Shown here piece after piece: positions 8,049 through 15,230 of a stretch of DNA of 32,000 nt. The DNA is from Gemmata obscuriglobus (GTDB lineage: Bacteria > Planctomycetota > Planctomycetia > Gemmatales > Gemmataceae). A model generated the notes under the pieces. It worked only from the letters and a program-made list of their open reading frames with translations, was not told where the DNA came from and made no database searches. Positions within the stretch are counted from its first letter, which is position 1. Every line of letters starts with the position of its first letter. Position numbers and translations under genes: made by a program. The stretch covers positions 2,070,001-2,102,000 of the forward strand of contig NZ_CP042911.1 of the NCBI RefSeq assembly GCF_008065095.1, written 5' to 3'.

Positions 8049-8288
8049 TCAGTTCCGGTGCGGTCTTCGTACCAGCCGCCGGGCGTCACGTTCCAGGCTG
8101 GGGAGCGTGCAACCCTCTGGGCAACGGCGGTACCCAGGAGGTCGCCCCCCTCCGGTCAACAGTTCTGGCCACCACTCACGCCCGCACGCCAGGCACTCGC
8201 ACCGGACCGTGCGACCCGTCGGGCCATCGATCACAGTCACGTCGGCAACGCTTAACGTGTGCGCCGCTGGAATACTGCTTTCATTCAT
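8049..8288 (-). CDS. small Zn-ribbon-like protein (79 aa)
   Basis: ATG at 8288. Cys pairs 'CECLAC' and 'CPEGC'. First gene transcribed leftward from the AT-rich divergent region. Confidence 0.5.
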   Translation of the reverse strand: MNESSIPAAHTLSVADVTVIDGPTGRTVRCECLACGREWWPELLTGGGRPPGYRRCPEGCTLPSLERDARRLVRRPHRN

Positions 8289-8503
8289 GTTTAACCTTTC
8301 AAAATATTTGTAAAAACTTTTATCATCTGAAATCTGAACGCAATTGTGACAAAATAATTCAGCTAATCAAGACGTGTCGGATGCGTGTCGGCGGCGGGCC
8401 TGCTTCCGACTCACGGTTAACGCCCGTATGCTCCGTGATCAAGATTTGAATCGTCGCCAAGCATAGAGTAGTTTGCGCCATTCGCTTTCTTGGAGTGGTC
8501 GCA
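8289..8503. promoter_or_regulatory. AT-rich divergent intergenic region with a tandem 8-mer (divergent promoters and/or origin-like region)
   Basis: 'tttaacctttcaaaatatttgtaaaaacttttatcatctgaaatctgaacgcaattgtgacaaaataattcagctaatcaag' is followed by the direct repeat cgtgtcgg at 8373-8380 and 8384-8391. It lies between genes diverging at 8288 and 8504. Confidence 0.45.
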
Positions 8504-9865
8504 ATGAAATATGTCTGGAACCCACACGACTTCGACCCGCTCAACTTCCTCCCGGCTGCCCTGCGCCGCCAGTCCGACGCCGCCCGTGTCCTCGTCCACC
8601 AGATCGAGTTCCGGCGACTGGACAAGCGGCACAGGGCCGACGAGTGGGTCACCCTCCAGGCCAAGTACCTGCGCAACGTTGTTGGCGTCGACCACTGCGA
8701 GGCGATCCGTGACTGCCTGGCCTCCGAAGGGGTGATTTCCGTCAAACGCAGTTTCGTGGTCGGCCAGAAGTCCTTCGAGTTCAAGATCGGCCCACGGTTC
8801 CAGAACTCCATGTTCCGGCGGTTCCCCATCACCGACAAGTTTCTCCTCCGGCGCATGGGCAAGCACCTCGGCCGCACCGGGCCGAAGGCCGACTGCCCCA
8901 CCGAACTGGCGCTCTACTCGTGGCTGAAGGGGTTGACCATCGACGCCGACGGAGCCAGAGACTACGTTCGGGCACACGGCGGGGCCGCAGAATGGGTCCG
9001 GCAGAAGACGTTAACCGTCGACATGTTGGCGGAACGGGACTTGTGGTTCACGAGGGACCGGTTCGGCCGCATCCACACGAACTTCACGAACCTGTGGTCG
9101 GGGCTGCGGCGGTTTTTGTCGGTGGGCGGCAGTCCCCTTGTCGAAATGGACATTGCCAACAGCCAGCCGCTCTTCTTCGGGCTGTTGGCAATGGTGAAAT
9201 GGCGGTCGTCTCAGGAGGCAAGTTCTCAGTGCCAACAGGACGTGGAAGAGTGTAGGAACAACTCAGGTAGAATTACTAATGTTAATTCCAAATCAATTCT
9301 ATCTCCTCCCCCTCTCCTCTCTCTTTATGATGCGGGAATTCATCATGGCAACATTCGACGGTCTTTGCCTCCTGACCTTGCCGAGTACCTGGGCCTGGTG
9401 GAGCGGGGCGACTTTTACGAGCATCTGATGCGCAAGGCACGCCTCACCTGGGCCAAAAGAAGCCAGTTCAAGGACTCGTTCTTCCAGCACGTCTTCTACG
9501 CCAAAAGGGTGTACCGCAACCCGATCGCCAACGTGTTCCGCAAAGAGTTCCCGACCGCCCACGCCGTCCTGACCGCCATCAAGAAGAGTGACCCGAGGGA
9601 CGCCCCGCACAAGATGCAGCAACTCGAGGCGGACTTCGTGATCGGCACCTGCTGCCGGAAGTTAAGCGCCGATCACCCCGCCGTCCCTTTGCTGACGCTC
9701 CACGACGGCATCTGGACGACACCCGACCACATCGGCCTCGTCCGCCGAACGGTGCAGGACGAGTTCGCCAAGTTGGGTGTGCGCCCTTTGCTGCGGTGCC
9801 GGGCGGCCAGCGACCTTTCCTTGCCCCCTGGCGCTTCCGTACAGACAAGATCGCCGGGCCGATAG
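8504..9865 (+). CDS. minimal family-A DNA polymerase / T7-RNAP-like polymerase (palm and fingers only, ~453 aa)
   Basis: ATG at 8504 with GGAG 8 nt upstream. 'FGRIHTNFTNLWSGLRRFL' resembles the PolA pre-motif-A GR.HT...TGRLS. 'LVEMDIANSQPLFFGLLA' resembles motif A (DYSQIELR). 'RSQFKDSFFQHVFYAK' fits motif B (R-x3-K-x3-F-x3-[FY]). 'LLTLHDGIWT' resembles motif C (HDE in PolA, HDS in T7 RNAP). No exonuclease or N-terminal domain is evident. Confidence 0.65.
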   Translation: MKYVWNPHDFDPLNFLPAALRRQSDAARVLVHQIEFRRLDKRHRADEWVTLQAKYLRNVVGVDHCEAIRDCLASEGVISVKRSFVVGQKSFEFKIGPRFQNSMFRRFPITDKFLLRRMGKHLGRTGPKADCPTELALYSWLKGLTIDADGARDYVRAHGGAAEWVRQKTLTVDMLAERDLWFTRDRFGRIHTNFTNLWSGLRRFLSVGGSPLVEMDIANSQPLFFGLLAMVKWRSSQEASSQCQQDVEECRNNSGRITNVNSKSILSPPPLLSLYDAGIHHGNIRRSLPPDLAEYLGLVERGDFYEHLMRKARLTWAKRSQFKDSFFQHVFYAKRVYRNPIANVFRKEFPTAHAVLTAIKKSDPRDAPHKMQQLEADFVIGTCCRKLSADHPAVPLLTLHDGIWTTPDHIGLVRRTVQDEFAKLGVRPLLRCRAASDLSLPPGASVQTRSPGR

Positions 9866-9904
9866 GCGTTCCCCCTGCTTGATGTCGCTCGTGGCCGTAC
9901 ACGC

Positions 9905-10747
9905 TCACAGGCCGCACATGCCCTGGCACTCACCGGTGGTCAGCGGGTCGATGGTGTTGGGCCATAACTTGGTGAAGTCGATCACGTCCAGCGGCACGCA
10001 ACTCCGGTGGACGAACAACTCCTGCCGGAACCCACGGGTCACGACGCTGCCCTTGTCCCGCAGCGCCCGGTCCACCTCCACCGCCCGTTTCCAACCGTCG
10101 GAATCGGTCTGCTTCAGGGTTAACCACGCCTGGTTCGTGCGGTAGGGGCAGAACACGCACGACGACTTCGGGACTTCGTGGGGCAACTTGTCCTTTAGGT
10201 AGGCCAGGCAGTCCTTGCGGCTCCAGCCCATCTCGATCAGCGGCCAGTGCGGGACCGTGTGCTTGACGCCCTCGAACCGCTTCTTCGCTCGCTCGGCCCT
10301 CGCCGCCTCGTCGGTGCTGATGCCGAAGTACTGGTGCAGGATCACGCCCTTCGGGATGCGCTGCCGGGGTTTCAGTCCCAAGAGTTCCCGCCGGATCGCC
10401 CGTTCGCACACGTCGATCTTGTACTCCTTCGTACACTGCCGCCGAACTATACCGACTTTGCCATCCGGCCCTTTGGTGAACGCCGGGATCGAGGCGAACC
10501 GCTGGCCGGTGGAGTTCCGCCCGTTCACGAGGTCGTCGCCGAGTTTGCCCGCCGCCCGCACCCAGATGTCGGGTGCCCCCAGCGCCCGCAGGTAGTCGAG
10601 GTGGCGATACACGGCGGTCGGCTCCTCCCCGGTGTCGGCGAACACCGCCAGGTCGAAGCGAAATTTGGCGTCGGGTTCCCGTGAGAGCAGGTAGAGGGCG
10701 GTGGACTGCACGCCAGCGCCGAGGTTCAGGATGTGGTACTCGTTCAC
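9905..10747 (-). CDS. phosphoadenosine phosphosulfate (PAPS) reductase-family / PP-loop ATPase-like protein (280 aa)
   Basis: N-terminal PP-loop-like 'HILNLGAGVQSTALYLL' and C-terminal Cys clusters 'SSCVFCPY' and 'GECQGMCG'. Size and layout match the phage/mobile-element PAPS-reductase-like family. GTG start, with an in-frame TAG 6 nt upstream. Confidence 0.75.
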   Translation of the reverse strand: MNEYHILNLGAGVQSTALYLLSREPDAKFRFDLAVFADTGEEPTAVYRHLDYLRALGAPDIWVRAAGKLGDDLVNGRNSTGQRFASIPAFTKGPDGKVGIVRRQCTKEYKIDVCERAIRRELLGLKPRQRIPKGVILHQYFGISTDEAARAERAKKRFEGVKHTVPHWPLIEMGWSRKDCLAYLKDKLPHEVPKSSCVFCPYRTNQAWLTLKQTDSDGWKRAVEVDRALRDKGSVVTRGFRQELFVHRSCVPLDVIDFTKLWPNTIDPLTTGECQGMCGL

Positions 10748-10875
10748 CCCCTATCTATGGGGGCCGCACCCGTTCTGCACGCCCTGACACTGGGCCGTTT
10801 TGGCGGCGATTTCCATTTGTCGGAAAACGGGCCATCGTGACGGGCGGGGGACTACTGCGGTTGTCACTCGGCGTT

Positions 10876-11199
10876 TCAGCGTGCCGCCCGTCCCGCCCGG
10901 TAAGCGGCGGTCAGCGCCCTCTCGATCTCCCAACACGCTACCTCGTGGAAGTCCAGTCGATCCGACTTCCGGGCCTCGAGGGGCCACTTGAAAGCCTGTT
11001 CCGCCACCCGCCGCACCGCCTCTTTCACGGGGTCAGCACCCGCCAGCACGAACGCCCCGTTCTCGTCCTTCGTTAGCAGGACGGCAGCGCAGGTAGGGCA
11101 GGTCGGCTCCCGCACGCACTCGCCACCGGCTCGGTAGAATTCCGTTACCCACGCCGGAGCGGTGTCGGCCCGAACCCCGCAAAAGTAGCACTCGGCCAT
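10876..11199 (-). CDS. small Zn-ribbon protein (107 aa)
   Basis: Track ORF trimmed to the ATG at 11199 (MAECYFCG...) with GGAGGGG upstream. Contains 'CYFC' and 'CPTC' pairs. Lies between the XRE gene and the PAPS-reductase-like gene on the same strand. Confidence 0.55.
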   Translation of the reverse strand: MAECYFCGVRADTAPAWVTEFYRAGGECVREPTCPTCAAVLLTKDENGAFVLAGADPVKEAVRRVAEQAFKWPLEARKSDRLDFHEVACWEIERALTAAYRAGRAAR

Positions 11200-11365
11200 C
11201 TCTTCCCCTCCACGTTTTTTCCCCGGACGAGGCACTTCGTACTACCTCGGTCCGCCGCCCGAGTGCCAGCACGGTTGCGAGAAACCGACCTTCGGACCCG
11301 CCAGAAACCGGCTCCGATCCGCCACATCTGAATGTGTTCGGCCGCTGGTGGGGAACAGGAAGGGG

Positions 11366-11740
11366 TCACCCGCCCAACCGGGCCAGGAGGGGCACGAGCA
11401 GTTGCAGCGTGTTCCGGTCGGCCGATCCGACGAGCGCCTCGAACAGGCGCCGGGCCTCGGCCCTCAGCACCTCGTCCGGGTCCGGGGGCGGGTCGGTCGG
11501 TAGCAGTTCGGCGGCCGTCGTGCCCAGCGCCTGAGCCAGCCGGTCCAGCAGGTCGATGCCCGGTGCGGCCCCGGCCGCCTCTAAACGCCCGACGTAGTTA
11601 ACCGTCACGTCCGCACGCTCGGCGACCTCGGCCTGTGTCAGCCCCAGCGCCGTCCGCCGCTCTTTGAGGCGGTCGGCGAACCGGCGGACGATGGCGGCGT
11701 GGGTGATCCGGCCCTTCTGGGCCTTCTTGTCGGGTGGCAT
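11366..11740 (-). CDS. XRE-family helix-turn-helix transcriptional regulator (124 aa)
   Basis: Track ORF trimmed to the ATG at 11740 (MPPDKKAQKG...). 'LGLTQAEVAERADVTVNYVGRLEAAGAAPGIDLLDRLAQALG' is a canonical HTH_3/XRE motif. Confidence 0.8.
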   Translation of the reverse strand: MPPDKKAQKGRITHAAIVRRFADRLKERRTALGLTQAEVAERADVTVNYVGRLEAAGAAPGIDLLDRLAQALGTTAAELLPTDPPPDPDEVLRAEARRLFEALVGSADRNTLQLLVPLLARLGG

Positions 11741-11753
11741 CCGGGATAACTTG

Positions 11754-11884
11754 GCCCGTTTGCCCGTCCGAGGGGAGCGCACATTAGTGGTGGTTGACCA
11801 ATTGAAAAGTGGTGCTACGCTTTTGAAGCGGTTGCCGTGGCGCTCCTGTCGTGTGCGGCCGGTGGACGGACGGGCACGACGGGC
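11754..11884. promoter_or_regulatory. divergent control region with mirrored ACGGGC repeat pairs (candidate operators)
   Basis: gcccgt at 11754 and 11762, and acggGC (its reverse complement) at 11870 and 11879. Each pair ends 14 nt from the ATG of the gene it faces (11740 and 11898). Confidence 0.5.
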
Positions 11885-11897
11885 AAGGGGACGAGTG

Positions 11898-12089
11898 ATG
11901 CTTCGCAAGCTCAAGGCGTGGTGGCTGAATCGGAAGCTGAGGAGCCTGCAATCCGACCTGGACTACATGACCAACTACGAGCAGGTCACCGGAGCGCCCA
12001 AGCCCGGCTGGGTGGACGCTGCCATCGTCAACGCCCGCATCCAGGTCGCCCTAGTTAACCGTGACCTGGATGCCCTCGGTCGGGGGTAA
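11898..12089 (+). CDS. small hypothetical protein (63 aa) divergent from the XRE regulator
   Basis: ATG at 11898 (MLRKLKAWWLNRKLRSLQSDL...). The long track ORF 11664-12089 overlaps the XRE gene and is trimmed here. Confidence 0.45.
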   Translation: MLRKLKAWWLNRKLRSLQSDLDYMTNYEQVTGAPKPGWVDAAIVNARIQVALVNRDLDALGRG

Positions 12090-12177
12090 GAGCCGAATCG
12101 CTTGAGCGGCGCTCGGCCCCAAGCAAGCGCTACCGGATCAGAGAGGCAACACGGGTACGAAAGTGGGGAGGGTGACG

Positions 12178-12501
12178 ATGACGACGTGTTCGACCTGCCG
12201 CATGGACATCCCCTACGGGGCACGGGTCTGTCCGTTTTGCCGGGACGACCGGCGGGCGGAGGCCCGAGAAGAAGACGAAGACAATGTGGCCATGTTCCGC
12301 TTCGTGGTGAGTGCCGTTCTCTTCGGTGCGCCGGCGTGCCTGCTTTGGTACCGGTCGCCGCTGGGGGACGAGTACCGGGGGGCGTTCTGGCTAATCGTAC
12401 CGGCGGCCGGTGCGCTGGGATATCGCATCGTGGCCCGGTACACGGTGGCCGCCGTGCTGACCGCCATCGCCTTACCGGTCGGCTACTTCTGGTTCCGGTA
12501 A
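12178..12501 (+). CDS. Zn-ribbon membrane protein (107 aa)
   Basis: ATG at 12178 with GGGGAGGG upstream. 'CSTC...CPFC' ribbon, followed by hydrophobic segments (FRFVVSAVLFGAPACLLWY, FWLIVPAAGALGY, AAVLTAIALPVGYFWF). Confidence 0.6.
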   Translation: MTTCSTCRMDIPYGARVCPFCRDDRRAEAREEDEDNVAMFRFVVSAVLFGAPACLLWYRSPLGDEYRGAFWLIVPAAGALGYRIVARYTVAAVLTAIALPVGYFWFR

Positions 12502-12699
12502 GTCGCTGGGCCGCTTGGCGTCACCGACTTACCGGCTACGGGTGCGCCGGCGTCGGGTTCACGCACGACGGGTGGCCTGCGGGCGGTAGTGTAGTCGAAG
12601 GGAACGCACGGGCACCGACGCCTGCTCGTTCCGTCGGTCATCGCTCGAGGGCGTGTTGCCCGCCTCGGCCCTGTTCGCTCACCGCACAGAGGAAACGCC

Positions 12700-13788
12700 A
12701 TGCATCGAACGGTCGCCACCGTGCTGCTCGTGCTGCTCGCTCCCGTTGCCCGTGCCGACGACGGCGAGGGCGCAGCGGTCAAGGCCATCGAGAAGTGGGG
12801 CGGCAAGGTTAAACGTGACCCCAAAGGCGTGGTGACCCATGTGATGCTCCGGGGCAAAACGGTCACCGACGCCGACCTGAAGGCGCTCGCCCCGCTCACC
12901 GGCCTGACCGATCTCGACCTCTCGTCCACCCCGGTCACAGACGCCGGCCTGAAGCACCTCGCCCCGCTCACCAAGTTGACGGCCCTCAACCTCGGCGGCA
13001 CGAAGATCACGGACGCCGGGCCAACGGAACTCGCCCCGCTCGCCGTGCTGACCGACCTCAACCTCTCTTCCACCCAGGTCACAGACGCCGGTCTGAAGGA
13101 GGTCGCCCGGCTCCGAACGTTGGTGGCCCTCGACCTTTCCCACACCGGGGTGACGAACGCCGGACTGGGGCACCTGACCCTGACCAAAATGCGCTCCCTC
13201 AGCCTCCGTGGGACCAAGATAACGGACGGCGGGCTGCGGGAGATCAGGATCATGAGCGTGTCGGGCCTGGACCTCTCCGGCACCGCCCTCACGGACGAGG
13301 GGCTGAAGGACTTGGGCCTGTTCGAAGAAATCACCGGCCTCGACCTGTCGGACACGAAGGTGACGAGCAACGGCCTGAAGGAACTGGCCTCACAGCCCAC
13401 GTTAAAGTTCCTCAGCCTGAGCAGGACCAAAGTAGGGGACGCCGGGCTGAAGCACCTCGCCCCGCTGAAGCGGCTGGAGTCCCTGTACCTGAACGGGACG
13501 GGCGTCACGGGCACCGGGGTGAAGGAACTCGCCCCGCTCGAACGGCTGAGAATCTTGGAACTCACCGGCACGATGGTGACGGGCGGCGGGTTGAAGCACC
13601 TCTCCACGCTCCCGAGACTCGCAATCCTGCGTCTTTCCGATGCCGCCGTGACGGACGAGGGGCTGAAGGACATCGCCCACCTCAAAACGCTCCTGGCGCT
13701 CGACCTCTACCGAACGAAGGTGACCGGTGCCGGCGTTGCCGAGTTGAGGAAGGCGCTGCCGAGGTGCGACATCGGCTGGAAGGAGTAG
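12700..13788 (+). CDS. secreted leucine-rich-repeat (LRR) protein (362 aa)
   Basis: ATG with GAGGAA RBS. Signal-peptide-like 'MHRTVATVLLVLLAPVARADD'. About 12-13 tandem 24-25-aa units of the form L..L..L..L.LS.T.VTDAGLK.LA. Confidence 0.9.
   Translation: MHRTVATVLLVLLAPVARADDGEGAAVKAIEKWGGKVKRDPKGVVTHVMLRGKTVTDADLKALAPLTGLTDLDLSSTPVTDAGLKHLAPLTKLTALNLGGTKITDAGPTELAPLAVLTDLNLSSTQVTDAGLKEVARLRTLVALDLSHTGVTNAGLGHLTLTKMRSLSLRGTKITDGGLREIRIMSVSGLDLSGTALTDEGLKDLGLFEEITGLDLSDTKVTSNGLKELASQPTLKFLSLSRTKVGDAGLKHLAPLKRLESLYLNGTGVTGTGVKELAPLERLRILELTGTMVTGGGLKHLSTLPRLAILRLSDAAVTDEGLKDIAHLKTLLALDLYRTKVTGAGVAELRKALPRCDIGWKE
12832..13750 (+). repeat. in-frame ~72-75-bp tandem periodicity encoding the LRR units
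   Basis: Recurring 'gtcacagacgccggcctgaag' and 'ctcgccccgctc' segments. This is a coding repeat, not CRISPR. Confidence 0.8.
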
Positions 13789-13953
13789 CGCCGGGCGGGC
13801 CGTCCGCTTATGGAGTCACTCGCCTGGAACACGAGTGGTTCGATCCGAATGGCTGGGCGAGTCAACACGCCACGCCGGGCGGCGGACTGAACCGAGTTCC
13901 CGACGGAGCAACTGCCGCCACTGGACCGCCGGATCAGTCGGGTAGCGGCGTCG

Positions 13954-14298
13954 CTACCGCTGCCGTTTGAGTTCGGCGACCTTGCCCACCAAGTACCCGA
14001 TCTCGTCGCCGTCGAGTTCGGCGACCGGGGCGACACCGTGGATGTTCCGCAACAGGTCTTCGGATGCGCCGAGAAACGCTTTGAAGGACGCCTCGCCATC
14101 GCAACGGCCGAGCAGATGACCGTCCGGGGTGATGACCATCTCGACCAGCCGTGGCGTCGTCCAGTCTTTGTTTAGGAGGCAGCCGAGGACCGCCCGGAAG
14201 TGATCGCTGACTTCCACAGCCACAAGCTTTCGGGCGGCGTCCTGGCGGATTTGTTCGGGTTCACGCATCGTCGGCTCGGTCATGGTTTCTCCGCTCAT
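13954..14298 (-). CDS. hypothetical protein (~114 aa) immediately downstream of drmC
   Basis: ATG at 14298 (an alternative ATG at 14283 has GGAG 6 nt upstream). GC3-rich codons and a globular-looking sequence (..VAVEVSDHFRAVLGCLLNKDWTTPRLVEMVITPDGHLLGRCDGE..). Same strand as the DISARM operon. Confidence 0.5.
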   Translation of the reverse strand: MSGETMTEPTMREPEQIRQDAARKLVAVEVSDHFRAVLGCLLNKDWTTPRLVEMVITPDGHLLGRCDGEASFKAFLGASEDLLRNIHGVAPVAELDGDEIGYLVGKVAELKRQR

Positions 14299-14332
14299 CT
14301 TTCTCACCGCAAGCCCACTGGCGCAACTCACC

Positions 14333-14352
14333 TTCGGCACTTTCGTGCCGAA
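14333..14352 (-). terminator. perfect 8-bp hairpin with a GNRA loop between drmC and the next ORF (terminator-like or processing element, no U-tract)
   Basis: Minus-strand RNA reads UUCGGCAC-GAAA-GUGCCGAA, 70-90 nt after the drmC stop. There is no following U run, so it is not a classical intrinsic terminator. Confidence 0.35.
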
Positions 14353-14421
14353 CAAGCGAAACCCGCCTTCAGCGGTTGCCACCCAGTGAATACCGCCCCC
14401 GCCTCGCCACGGCGCTCCTAC

Positions 14422-15225
14422 TCATACTCTCGTTAGTGTGCCGTCGGCCAGAAGTCGGTCGAAATGTCGCTCCACTTGTCCCGGTAGCCCTCCTCCCGTC
14501 ACGAGCAGGCCCAACTCCATGTTGATGGTGAAGGCGTACTCGGTGAAGTTGGCACTCGACAGGAACATTCGGTGTCCGTCGGCGACTGCACATTTGACGT
14601 GCAGGATGCCGATCTTGCCGTTGTCGTCCCGGCCCCGCTTTTCCTGGGGCCAGTAGTATACCGAGCAGGACGATGCAACGCTCCCGCCCAGCGCTCGCAC
14701 GCAGTCGTACTCCCCCTGGCCCTCGACCCGGTTCGGCGTCTCCACGATCAAGCAGATGGCAACGCCACGGCGGGCCGCAGCGACGAGCGCCTCACGGATG
14801 CGTGGAATCCGGTAGACAGCATAGCTCACGATAGTCAGGCGGCTCGTCGCCGAGTTCACCACTTCCAGGATGGCCTGCTCCGTCTGGCGGAACCGGGCCT
14901 CGGCGGGTTCCGGGCCGGTCCAAACGACCTCGACCGTCTCCTCATGCCGGTGGTTGTGTTCGCACTTCGCTGCCGTGACTATGGCCACGGCGACCGCCTC
15001 GCCTCCGACGCAACCCGCCGTCGAATGCCAAACGTCGATGAATTCGGCGGTCGCCTCCCTGAAGTCGGGCGTCGGCACGGACTGAAGAATCGCTTGCCGG
15101 GCCACCGCTCGGTCGAGGCTGCTGTACCGGGTCACGGCGTCGGCCACGCCCACCATCAGTGCGTGAGGCAAACGACCCGCCAGCCGTGCCGCCGCCGCCC
15201 CGATCTGCTGGTGTTCGTGGCTCAT
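14422..15225 (-). CDS. drmC: phospholipase-D-family (HKD) nuclease, DISARM DrmC-like (267 aa)
   Basis: Single HKD motif 'ILHVKCAVADGHRMFLSSANFT'. ATG at 15225 lies 5 nt after the drmB stop. The 553-aa track ORF is an artefactual N-terminal extension that overlaps drmB. Confidence 0.85.
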   Translation of the reverse strand: MSHEHQQIGAAAARLAGRLPHALMVGVADAVTRYSSLDRAVARQAILQSVPTPDFREATAEFIDVWHSTAGCVGGEAVAVAIVTAAKCEHNHRHEETVEVVWTGPEPAEARFRQTEQAILEVVNSATSRLTIVSYAVYRIPRIREALVAAARRGVAICLIVETPNRVEGQGEYDCVRALGGSVASSCSVYYWPQEKRGRDDNGKIGILHVKCAVADGHRMFLSSANFTEYAFTINMELGLLVTGGGLPGQVERHFDRLLADGTLTRV

Positions 15226-15230
15226 AGCTT

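Noticed and set aside
12483-13685. 400-aa minus-strand ORF antisense to the LRR gene.
   Set aside because: It is Ser/Arg/Pro-rich low-complexity sequence that mirrors the LRR periodicity. The + strand gene has an RBS, a signal peptide and canonical LRR units.
12832-13750. Regular ~72-bp repeats that could be mistaken for a CRISPR array or satellite.
   Set aside because: The periodicity is in-frame coding repetition of LRR units. There is no alternation of identical repeats with unique spacers, and no cas genes are nearby.
13837-13846. 'ggttcgatcc', resembling a tRNA T-arm/T-loop (a possible tRNA or att remnant).
   Set aside because: The flanking bases do not form a T-stem, acceptor stem or anticodon arm. 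It lies in the loop of a weak 7-bp stem (actcgcc/ggcgagt). Most likely chance.
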